The position numbers and the translations under genes were made by a program. The notes under the pieces were generated by a model. It ran no database searches. It had not been told where the DNA came from and saw only the letters and a program-made list of their open reading frames with translations. Positions 26,787 through 34,794 of a stretch of DNA of 51,318 nt are shown piece by piece. Every line of letters begins with the position of its first letter. The first letter of the stretch is position 1. Origin of the DNA: an uncultured Bacteroidales bacterium (GTDB lineage: Bacteria; Bacteroidota; Bacteroidia; Bacteroidales; Marinilabiliaceae). The DNA lies in the NCBI GenBank assembly GCA_934725785.1, contig CAKVCS010000001.1:1-51318 (forward strand). Direction: 5' to 3'.

Positions 26787-26991
26787 ATGCGTGGCGTCTT
26801 TTTGTGGTGGGGAGGGAGGCGTAGCGCCCCGTCACGCAAATATAGCGTCTTTTCCGCCCGAATGGAATGCCGCGGCAGCCGTTTGCCGCGTCTTCTTCGG
26901 CGGCGCGCCCGTTTTTCCCCCGCGGCGGCGTCGGGGCGGGGTGATCCGCCGCGGGGTGACCTGCGGGCGCGATGCAGCCGCCTGTGAAAGA

Positions 26992-27022
26992 TTTTGATAG
27001 TGTTTTTTTTTGTATACTTTCG
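26992..27022 (+). promoter_or_regulatory. Bacteroides-type promoter for the island operon (TTTG - GTG T9 spacer - TACTTTCG)
   Basis: TTTTGATAGTGTTTTTTTTTGTATACTTTCG, with TTTG at 26993-26996 and a -7-like box at 27015-22 (one mismatch to TAnnTTTG). Confidence 0.4.
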
Positions 27023-27102
27023 TGAAATATAATTTAACGCCACAGGGTGTCGCCAGGTGGCTACGTGTGAGAGGAAAATAAAGGAAGAAGATAATTAGTG
27101 CC

Positions 27103-27960
27103 ATGGAGGCAAACAGCGGTATAAAATGCACATTCTCTGGTCATGAAACTTTTACCTGTAAGTCAATATGGCTGAAGAAAGGCTATGACTTTGTAAAGGA
27201 TGGTCACTCTTTTAGCGATGAGGAGGCTGTGGTTGTTTTGGGAGTGGGCAAGAATATGGTGAGTTCCATAAGGTATTGGCTCCGCGCTTTTGGGCTCATA
27301 AATCAAAGCGGCGAGTTATTGCCTCTGGCCGACTTCATTTTTGACACCGAAACAGGGCGTGACCCGTTTGTGGAAGATGTGCAGACCCTGTGGCTGTTGC
27401 ATTGGAACTTGATATACAGCAACTACGCCAGTCTCTACAGATATGTTTTCCTAAACTTTCACAAAGAGCGCAAGATGTTCAATAAAGAGAACATCTTCAA
27501 ATTTTTGAGACGCAAGAATGACGAAAAGCCATTCGGCGGGGGCGTTTGGAACGATAATACTATAAGCAAGGACATAGCGATGCTTCTCCGTATGTACGTT
27601 TCTCCAAACGGCAGCCAGAACGATGACTATTGCGCTACGTTGATCGATCTGAATTTGATTAGGAGGGTTGGCAAGGACTCTTATGAGTTCAATTATCCCG
27701 CAAAAGCAAAAATCAGCCCGTTGACATTTCTCTATGCTGTCAACAAAATTTCAAACGGCAGCCAAGTAGTCGAATTTGACAAGCTTTTGGAGCTTGCTCT
27801 TATATTTTGTTTGTCGCAGGGCGAGCTGTATGACATATTCAGCCGGCTTACGGAAATCAATCCAAACATTTCATTTGTCAACTCCGCAGGGGAGCAGTTG
27901 TTCGCCGTCAAACAGGATTTCAACGGGTTTGACATTCTCGACATGTATTATAAATCGTGA
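27103..27960 (+). CDS. DUF4007-like protein (SspB-like candidate)
   Basis: N-terminal FSGHETFTCKSIWLKKGYDFV matches my recollection of the DUF4007 N-terminal motif (GHETF...WLxKGY). 285 aa. First gene of the island. Confidence 0.55.
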   Translation: MEANSGIKCTFSGHETFTCKSIWLKKGYDFVKDGHSFSDEEAVVVLGVGKNMVSSIRYWLRAFGLINQSGELLPLADFIFDTETGRDPFVEDVQTLWLLHWNLIYSNYASLYRYVFLNFHKERKMFNKENIFKFLRRKNDEKPFGGGVWNDNTISKDIAMLLRMYVSPNGSQNDDYCATLIDLNLIRRVGKDSYEFNYPAKAKISPLTFLYAVNKISNGSQVVEFDKLLELALIFCLSQGELYDIFSRLTEINPNISFVNSAGEQLFAVKQDFNGFDILDMYYKS

Positions 27961-30900
27961 TGACGATGAAGTTCTCAACATCTGTAAACATTGAGCGAGA
28001 CTGCGGCAAGGGGTTTGATTACGTTGTTACAGCCAATGCGAAACAGGCAATTGGCAAAATTGTTAATCAGTTCTCTGTTGGAATCCATTCTTTCTGTTTG
28101 ATTGGCTCCTACGGAACGGGCAAGTCGAGTTTCCTGCTGGCTTTAGAGCAATGTATGCTATGCTCTCGGCCTTTACCGAGCCAACTTATGACCAACAAAG
28201 GGCAGTTCAATGGATTTACCAAGTTCCGATTCATTAACATAGTTGGCGATTATACTCCGCTGGGAGGATTGCTTGATGCGCACTTACGGCATGAAAAGTT
28301 TCAAGGAGGCAATTTTTTCGAGACGCTTGACGGCCTTTACGCCGAATGCCAAAAAGACGACACATTCCTTGTTTTCGTAGTTGACGAATTCGGCAAGGTG
28401 CTTGAATACGCCGCCAAAAATAATCCGGAAAAGGAAATGTACTTTTTGCAGAAATTCTGCGAATATGTCAATGACACAGATAAGAATATCCTTTTCCTTG
28501 CTACTCTCCACCAAGCTTTTAGCGCATACGCTAAAGATTTAAGGCTTGAGCAAAAGCAGGAGTGGGCGAAAGTAAAAGGCCGCATCGCCGACATCGTTTT
28601 TAAGGAGCCTGTCGAGCAGTTGCTAAATCTCGCTGCGACTAAAATCTCGCGGGAGAGGGGGGGGGCGCGGAGTGTGGCCTGTAGACAGCTTTATGAGTTG
28701 GCACTCACGTCCAGGTTCATCAATGATAGCCTCAAGTCTGATGTCGCGCTGGCTCTGTACCCTATGGATATTTTTGCCGCATACGCTCTAACGGAGGCCA
28801 ATCAGCGTTACGGGCAGAATGAGAGAAGTCTGTTTACTTTCTTAGAATCGAGGGGCGAAGGCTCTATCTCTGACTTTTCACCATCTGGCAATACCCTTTT
28901 CAGCCTCGTCAATGTTTATGACTATGTACGTTACAATTTTTATTCATCATTGACCGAGGTAAATGCCGATTCTTCCAAGTGGTCGGCAATTCTTACTGCA
29001 ATTGAGCGTATAGAGGGGCTTCCCCTTGCGGAGGAGGAGGTAAAAACGGCTGTCTCAATTGTCAAGGTTATCGGGATGCTCAACATTTTTGCTTCTTCGG
29101 CGACAAAAATTGATTCCGATTTCCTTGCGTCATATGCCCGGCTTTCGTTGGGAATTAAGGACGTTCTGCCTTTGCTGGGCAAGTTGCAAAGGGCGCAGAT
29201 TGTCCGTTTTGCGAAATATAAATCGAAATATATACTGTTTGAGGGTACTGATGTCGACATTGAGTTTGGGCTTTATATTGCTTCGCTCGAGTGTAAACGT
29301 TCCGATGACTATGTCGACAAACTGAGGCGGTTTTTCCCTCACCACATTCGCCTCGCGAATGCCCATTTATACCGGACCGGAACGCCCCGATATTTCGAGT
29401 ACCAGATATCGGGCGAACCCGTCAACAAGTCGCCTCATGGTGAGACTGACGGCATTGTCAACCTTATCTTTACAAGGGAGGACGAGTTGCCAGCAATCAA
29501 AGCCAGATGCCTTTCAGTCAAAGGTATGGCTGTCGTTTATTGCATTTTTCGAAATGCGCCGGAGGTGACTGACCATGTTTACAACATAGAGAAATTGCAT
29601 TGGGTAAGGGATTATTTCGTCAAGGATGAAAACGACAAGGTGGCGAATAATGAGATAGAAAGCCTTGTTGAATACGAAGAGTCACTGCTGAGCAAGTCAA
29701 TATTCGACAGTCTCTATTCTGACAAGGTCATGTGGGTTTTCAACGGTGAACCCGTTGACGGAATACATTCCCACAAGGACTTGATGAAGTTCATTTCCTT
29801 AGTTTCCGACCGGGTTTACTATTCAACGCCTGTTTTCAGAAATGAGTTGATAAACAGACAACGCCCGAGCGGGACAATGTCGGTTGCACGGCAGAATTAC
29901 CTGAACGCTTTGCTGGAAAACTCCGATAAGCCTGACATCGGATTTGACAAGGGCAAATTTCCGCCGGAAAAGTCAATATATCTCACAATGTTGAGAAGCA
30001 CAGGGATTCACGTCCCTGCGGGCGACTCGTTCACTTTTTGCGAACCATCAGAGCCGTCTTTCAAGGAGCTGTGGAAATGTTGCATGGAGTTTATCAAGTC
30101 AGCCCGGCAGAAGCGGAGAAAAATCAGTGAGCTTGTCACTTTGCTTTCACAAGCTCCGTTCGGAATGAAGAAAGGTTTTATCGATTGGTGGGTTCCGTCT
30201 TTTCTCATAATTAAGAAAAATGATTTTGCGCTCTATAGTGGAGATGCTTATGTGCCGTTCATAAATAAAGATGTTCTTGGTCTGCTCTATCGCAACCCTA
30301 ATGACATATCTGTGAAGTCTTTCAGTGTAGAGGGCGTGAAGCAGGTGTTTTTTCAAAAATATAGGGAGGCTGTGAATCTGGGGAAGTCTGAATTGAACTC
30401 TAATTCATTCGTAGAGACAATTCGTCCTATCTTAACATTCTACAGGCACTTGAACCCTTATGCCCAAAACACAAGAGATATTCCTACCGAGGCCAGGAAA
30501 TTTCGTGACGTCATTTCGCGAGCAACGGATCCCGAGGTGACATTCTTCGATCAGCTGCCCGAAGCCTTGGGTTTCCGACAGGATGTCATGGTGCGCAACC
30601 CGGAGTCGGTTGATAGTTTTGTCTCTGTTTTGCAAAATGCGATCAGGAGTCTGAGGGGCTGTTACGATGATTTTGTTCGCTCGATTGAACGCCATATCCT
30701 CAATGCGCTCAAGGTCAATGAGAATGAGTTTCCCGCATACAAGCCCATTGTCGATGGTCGGTATAAGTCTGTCAAGGCGGAATTGATGCCCAACGATGTA
30801 AGGACTTTCCACTTGCGACTGACCGGAAGCTATGACAATTATAAAGAGTGGGTCGAGTCGATATCCTATGCGGTTCTCAACAAGCCCCTTGAGAAAATCA

Positions 30901-31178
30901 AGGATGCGGAGAAGACGTTCTTGCTCACTTCGTTGACAGACAAACTTTTCCAGCTCGATGATTATGTAGAGATGCACAAAACTGACAACGAGTCTATTGT
31001 CCGTCTGCATATTACTCAAAATAGAGGAGCGGCAATAGCGAAACAAGTGGTTATCCCGAGCCATAACATCAAAGAGGTTGACCGGTTGGAGAAACGGATT
31101 GAAGATGTGCTCTCATCCGACAACGCCATCAATATGGCAGCTCTTATCAATATGATAAAAAGAAAGTGTAATGGATAA
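27957..31178 (+). CDS. large P-loop NTPase, 1073 aa (SspC-like candidate)
   Basis: Walker A GSYGTGKSS (28104-28130) and Walker B-like FLVFVVDEFGK. The start is GTG 27957 or ATG 27960, overlapping the upstream stop. Confidence 0.6.
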   Translation: MMTMKFSTSVNIERDCGKGFDYVVTANAKQAIGKIVNQFSVGIHSFCLIGSYGTGKSSFLLALEQCMLCSRPLPSQLMTNKGQFNGFTKFRFINIVGDYTPLGGLLDAHLRHEKFQGGNFFETLDGLYAECQKDDTFLVFVVDEFGKVLEYAAKNNPEKEMYFLQKFCEYVNDTDKNILFLATLHQAFSAYAKDLRLEQKQEWAKVKGRIADIVFKEPVEQLLNLAATKISRERGGARSVACRQLYELALTSRFINDSLKSDVALALYPMDIFAAYALTEANQRYGQNERSLFTFLESRGEGSISDFSPSGNTLFSLVNVYDYVRYNFYSSLTEVNADSSKWSAILTAIERIEGLPLAEEEVKTAVSIVKVIGMLNIFASSATKIDSDFLASYARLSLGIKDVLPLLGKLQRAQIVRFAKYKSKYILFEGTDVDIEFGLYIASLECKRSDDYVDKLRRFFPHHIRLANAHLYRTGTPRYFEYQISGEPVNKSPHGETDGIVNLIFTREDELPAIKARCLSVKGMAVVYCIFRNAPEVTDHVYNIEKLHWVRDYFVKDENDKVANNEIESLVEYEESLLSKSIFDSLYSDKVMWVFNGEPVDGIHSHKDLMKFISLVSDRVYYSTPVFRNELINRQRPSGTMSVARQNYLNALLENSDKPDIGFDKGKFPPEKSIYLTMLRSTGIHVPAGDSFTFCEPSEPSFKELWKCCMEFIKSARQKRRKISELVTLLSQAPFGMKKGFIDWWVPSFLIIKKNDFALYSGDAYVPFINKDVLGLLYRNPNDISVKSFSVEGVKQVFFQKYREAVNLGKSELNSNSFVETIRPILTFYRHLNPYAQNTRDIPTEARKFRDVISRATDPEVTFFDQLPEALGFRQDVMVRNPESVDSFVSVLQNAIRSLRGCYDDFVRSIERHILNALKVNENEFPAYKPIVDGRYKSVKAELMPNDVRTFHLRLTGSYDNYKEWVESISYAVLNKPLEKIKDAEKTFLLTSLTDKLFQLDDYVEMHKTDNESIVRLHITQNRGAAIAKQVVIPSHNIKEVDRLEKRIEDVLSSDNAINMAALINMIKRKCNG

Positions 31179-32277
31179 GGTAAGGCATGTGCTGGGAATC
31201 TCCGGAGGCAAGGACAGTGCGGCGTTGGCAATATATTTGAAAGACAAATATCCGGCGCTCGGCATAGACTTCTACACTTGTGACACGAAATGCGAATTGG
31301 CGGAAACAGAGCAACTCGTTGAGAGATTGCGTTCTTATTTGGGTAGGATTACGACGCTCCAAGCTGCCAAGGGAAGTCCGGAACCTACGCCTTTCGACCA
31401 TTTCCTGAAGATTAATGGCGGTTTTCTGCCTTCTGTTCAGCAGAGGTGGTGCACACAGAAAATGAAACTTGCGGAGTTCGAAAAGTATGTAGGCGACGAT
31501 CCCGTGGTCTCCTATGTCGGCATACGTGGCGATGAGGACCGAGATGGCTATGTCTCCTCAAAACCTAATATTCAGTCAGTTTTCCCGTTCCGCAGGAACA
31601 TATGGAGCATCGATGTCATAAACAAGGTCTTGAGCAACGATAACATTAGCAAGTTCAGCGAATGCTATCGCTCCGTTGCCGATACCCGGACTTTTGATGA
31701 GGCCAACAAGGTCCTCACCGCCAAGCTTACAAAGGATTTCTTCTACTCTAAGAAGCTCAATGCGTTGCTCGATATTGACATAAGGGCCTTTAATCACGCC
31801 ACTTTCTGCTTCCTTAAGGAATATACCGATTACCCCGTCGGCAGGTTGGATAATTTCCCTCTGCTTGACAATGAGGATGTCCTCTGTAAAGAGGACATTT
31901 TCAGGATATTGGAGGATAGCGGGGTCGGCGTCCCCGCCTATTACAAACTCATAGATTTTGAGGTGGACGGCAAGACGGGGAAATATTGCCGTAGCCGCTC
32001 AGGATGCTATTTCTGCTTTTTTCAGCAGAAGATTGAGTGGGTTTGGCTCTACGAGCAGCATCCCGACCTGTTTAAGAAAGCGATGGAATATGAAAAAGGC
32101 GGCTACTCTTGGATTCAAGACGAACCTCTTGAAAAACTGATCAGGCCTGAGCGTATACGCCAAATTAAGCTTGACCACATCAAGAAGACCGCGGTTCTCG
32201 AGTCAAAGAACAGAAGCAAGTTACTCATCGACCTGTTCGATGACGACGATGTCAACTGCGCCAATTGCTTTATTTAG
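31171..32277 (+). CDS. PP-loop ATP pyrophosphatase of the PAPS-reductase/DndC/SspD family
   Basis: SGGKDS PP-loop at 31201-31218, QQRWCTQKMK, and the Cys cluster CRSRSGCYFC. There is an 8-nt overlap with the upstream gene. Confidence 0.75.
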   Translation: MDKVRHVLGISGGKDSAALAIYLKDKYPALGIDFYTCDTKCELAETEQLVERLRSYLGRITTLQAAKGSPEPTPFDHFLKINGGFLPSVQQRWCTQKMKLAEFEKYVGDDPVVSYVGIRGDEDRDGYVSSKPNIQSVFPFRRNIWSIDVINKVLSNDNISKFSECYRSVADTRTFDEANKVLTAKLTKDFFYSKKLNALLDIDIRAFNHATFCFLKEYTDYPVGRLDNFPLLDNEDVLCKEDIFRILEDSGVGVPAYYKLIDFEVDGKTGKYCRSRSGCYFCFFQQKIEWVWLYEQHPDLFKKAMEYEKGGYSWIQDEPLEKLIRPERIRQIKLDHIKKTAVLESKNRSKLLIDLFDDDDVNCANCFI

Positions 32278-34554
32278 ATGCTGAAGGGGGTAGAGTTTCC
32301 ATCTCATCGACGTTTTAAGTCGCGGACGGAGTGGGAGCCAATAGGTTTCTTCTCCGACTGCCTCTGTAATGCGACCCAGTTCAACCTGATGCTCGGTTTC
32401 TTTTCCTCATCCGCCATAAACGTACTCGCCGACGGCTTCGCTTTCTTCATCTCCAATGGGGGCCGTATGAATCTGGTTATAAACGACATCCTAACTCAGC
32501 AAGACAAAAATGCCATAGCCGTCGGTGAGTATGCCAAGCCCATCCCTTTTTTTGACATACACGACGTCGAAAGGTTGAAAGCGACGCTGTCCGTGCGGGA
32601 CTCGCATTTTTTCGATTGCATAGCGTGGCTCATACGCAATAATCGTATTGACATAAAGATTGTCGCGCCAAAGGGCGGGGTGGGGATTTCTCACACCAAG
32701 ATGGGTGTTTTCTGTGATGGTGCGAACAAAGTGGGTTTTGACGGATCTTGTAATTTCTCGCGGTCGGCATTGGTGGACAATATCGAGAGTCTCACGGTGT
32801 GCTGCGATTGGGACGGTAACACTGCATCCGCAACCATAGACAGGCTGAGCGATGAGTTCGATCTTGTCTTCTCAGGCAATGATGATAGTGTTGTTTTTGT
32901 GCCCACCGATAAGGTTAAGACCAGTGTCACCGAGTTGTTTAAGGACAAGACTATAGACGAATTGCTTGAAGACGAATACAAATTGATTAAGCACGACTGT
33001 GCAAAATCTGCGCTGCCAGACTCGGTGATAAAGGCTCTGGCAAAAGCCAAGATGAAGATAGAGACCGCGATAGAGATGGGCAAATCAAAGTACGAAGTAC
33101 AGAACGTCGAGTCGATAGGCCTTGTTAAGCCTTGTTTCCCCTATGCGTCCGGCCCTCGCGAATACCAAAAGCAGGCATTCCTGAATTGGAAGAACAATAA
33201 GCAGAAAGGCTTGTTCGCGATGGCGACTGGCACGGGTAAAACCATTACTTCACTAAATTGCCTTCTCGAGATATACAAGAGGTTAGGTTATTACAAAGCT
33301 ATCATTCTTGTACCGACAATAGCGCTTCTTGACCAATGGGAAGCCGAATGCCGTAAGTTTAATTTCCGGACGGTTATAAAAGTTTGCTCCAAGGCCAGTG
33401 ATTGGAAATCGCAGGTAGCGCATATACGTCTGCTCGAAATGACGAACCCCGACAACGATTTATCATACGTTGTTATATCAACATATGCGTCATACGTAAG
33501 GTCTAATGTCTTTAACGAGCTGAACCATTTTACAAAAAACAAGCTCCTGTTGATAGCCGATGAGTGTCATAATATGGGTGGCGGGTTGATGGCTCAGCGC
33601 ATGCAAGACATTAAATATGTGCGCCGCATAGGTCTCTCGGCAACGCCCGATAGGCAGTCTGATGATGTCGGCAACCGCAAGCTTATGGATTTCTTCGGAT
33701 GTGACGGCGGTTACACTTTCGAGTACTCTATGGCCGATGCCATACAGAACGGTGCTTTGTGCCGTTACTACTATTATCCGCACGTAGTTCGACTGACAGA
33801 GAGTGAGATGTCCGACTACGTCGAGCTTTCAAAGGCGATAGTCAAACTCCTTGGGATCAAAGATGACACAGGTCAGGACCGCCTTAAAATGCTAATGCTG
33901 AAACGTAAACGCATAATACATAAGGCGGCCAACAAGCTGCCCATTTTTCAGCAAATAATCGAGCAAAGAATCAAGGAGAAAGGGAATCTGAAATACGCTT
34001 TGGTCTACGTGCCCGAGGGAGACAGGCCTGACAATTACGAGGCTGAAATATCAGATTTGGATGATTCGGGTTGCTCTGATCACGATACAGAGCATCTCAT
34101 TGACGATTTCACTCGGATTGTGCGCGATATTGATTCTCATATTACAGTCCGTAAGTTCACGTCTGTTTCTTCCGACAGAGACGCAATGCTGAAGGATTTC
34201 GCCTCCGGCGCAATCGATGTACTTGTATCAATGAAGTGTTTAGACGAGGGTGTTGACGTCCCGCGAAGTGAGTTGGCCATATTTTGCGCAAGTACGGGAA
34301 ACCCGCGGCAGTTCATACAGCGTCGCGGCCGTGTGCTAAGAACTCATAAAGATAAGCGCTTCGCCGTCATTCACGACCTCGTCGTTGTGCCCGACAATGT
34401 TTTCAATCATGATTGCTATGCTTATGAGAAAAATTTGGTTCAAGCCGAGTTGAGCCGAGTGCGTGATTTTGCGTTGCTCTCAGAGAACATTACCGATACG
34501 GTCAATGAATTGTCCGATGTGTTGCGGCGTTACAATTTGTCCATATTTGAATAG
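32278..34554 (+). CDS. PLD-family (HKD) nuclease domain fused to an SF2 DEAD/DEAH-type helicase
   Basis: HKD-like SHTKMGVFCDG...GSCNFSRSAL (HTK at 32692-32700). Helicase motif I is MATGTGKT (33220-33243), motif II is DECH (33559-33570), motif III is SATP, and motif VI is QRRGRVLR. Confidence 0.8.
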   Translation: MLKGVEFPSHRRFKSRTEWEPIGFFSDCLCNATQFNLMLGFFSSSAINVLADGFAFFISNGGRMNLVINDILTQQDKNAIAVGEYAKPIPFFDIHDVERLKATLSVRDSHFFDCIAWLIRNNRIDIKIVAPKGGVGISHTKMGVFCDGANKVGFDGSCNFSRSALVDNIESLTVCCDWDGNTASATIDRLSDEFDLVFSGNDDSVVFVPTDKVKTSVTELFKDKTIDELLEDEYKLIKHDCAKSALPDSVIKALAKAKMKIETAIEMGKSKYEVQNVESIGLVKPCFPYASGPREYQKQAFLNWKNNKQKGLFAMATGTGKTITSLNCLLEIYKRLGYYKAIILVPTIALLDQWEAECRKFNFRTVIKVCSKASDWKSQVAHIRLLEMTNPDNDLSYVVISTYASYVRSNVFNELNHFTKNKLLLIADECHNMGGGLMAQRMQDIKYVRRIGLSATPDRQSDDVGNRKLMDFFGCDGGYTFEYSMADAIQNGALCRYYYYPHVVRLTESEMSDYVELSKAIVKLLGIKDDTGQDRLKMLMLKRKRIIHKAANKLPIFQQIIEQRIKEKGNLKYALVYVPEGDRPDNYEAEISDLDDSGCSDHDTEHLIDDFTRIVRDIDSHITVRKFTSVSSDRDAMLKDFASGAIDVLVSMKCLDEGVDVPRSELAIFCASTGNPRQFIQRRGRVLRTHKDKRFAVIHDLVVVPDNVFNHDCYAYEKNLVQAELSRVRDFALLSENITDTVNELSDVLRRYNLSIFE

Positions 34555-34560
34555 TGCTAT

Positions 34561-34794
34561 ATGAGTGTGTATCAAACCAAAGATGATAGAATGTTGCAAG
34601 CCGTCATATCAGACGAGCGACTTGTCAACTACTATGGCTACAATCCTAATGACTTCACGTCTATGTCTGACGCCTTAAATTCCGATGTGGTTATAGTTCA
34701 GGCTATTGCCAAAATCATCGATAAATCTGGTCAAGGGTGCAGCGTCACGGAAATTTATAATGAGGTAAGAGATTTGCTAACGGCGAAGATATGA
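34561..34794 (+). CDS. 77-aa hypothetical protein
   Basis: Shares the island's AT-rich composition. Its stop overlaps the next start (ATGA at 34791-34794), which suggests translational coupling. I recognised no motif. Confidence 0.5.
   Translation: MSVYQTKDDRMLQAVISDERLVNYYGYNPNDFTSMSDALNSDVVIVQAIAKIIDKSGQGCSVTEIYNEVRDLLTAKI

Noticed and set aside
25668-26987. 439-aa plus-strand ORF spanning the FKBP and Cache genes. Similar shadow ORFs occur at 4800-5870, 21883-23058, 13595-14371, 42435-43247 and 24651-25415.
   Set aside because: All of them are antisense to genes with strong family motifs and show Arg/Pro/Gly/Ala-biased, motif-free translations.
26787-27102. An att-type direct repeat of the tRNA-Leu 3' end at the left island border, and an integrase gene.
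   Set aside because: I found no copy of the tRNA T-arm/acceptor sequence there. The best flank similarity is CGTGAAATATAAT versus CGTTACATATAAT near 37575, an 11/13 match that is too weak. None of the seven island proteins has integrase or transposase motifs.
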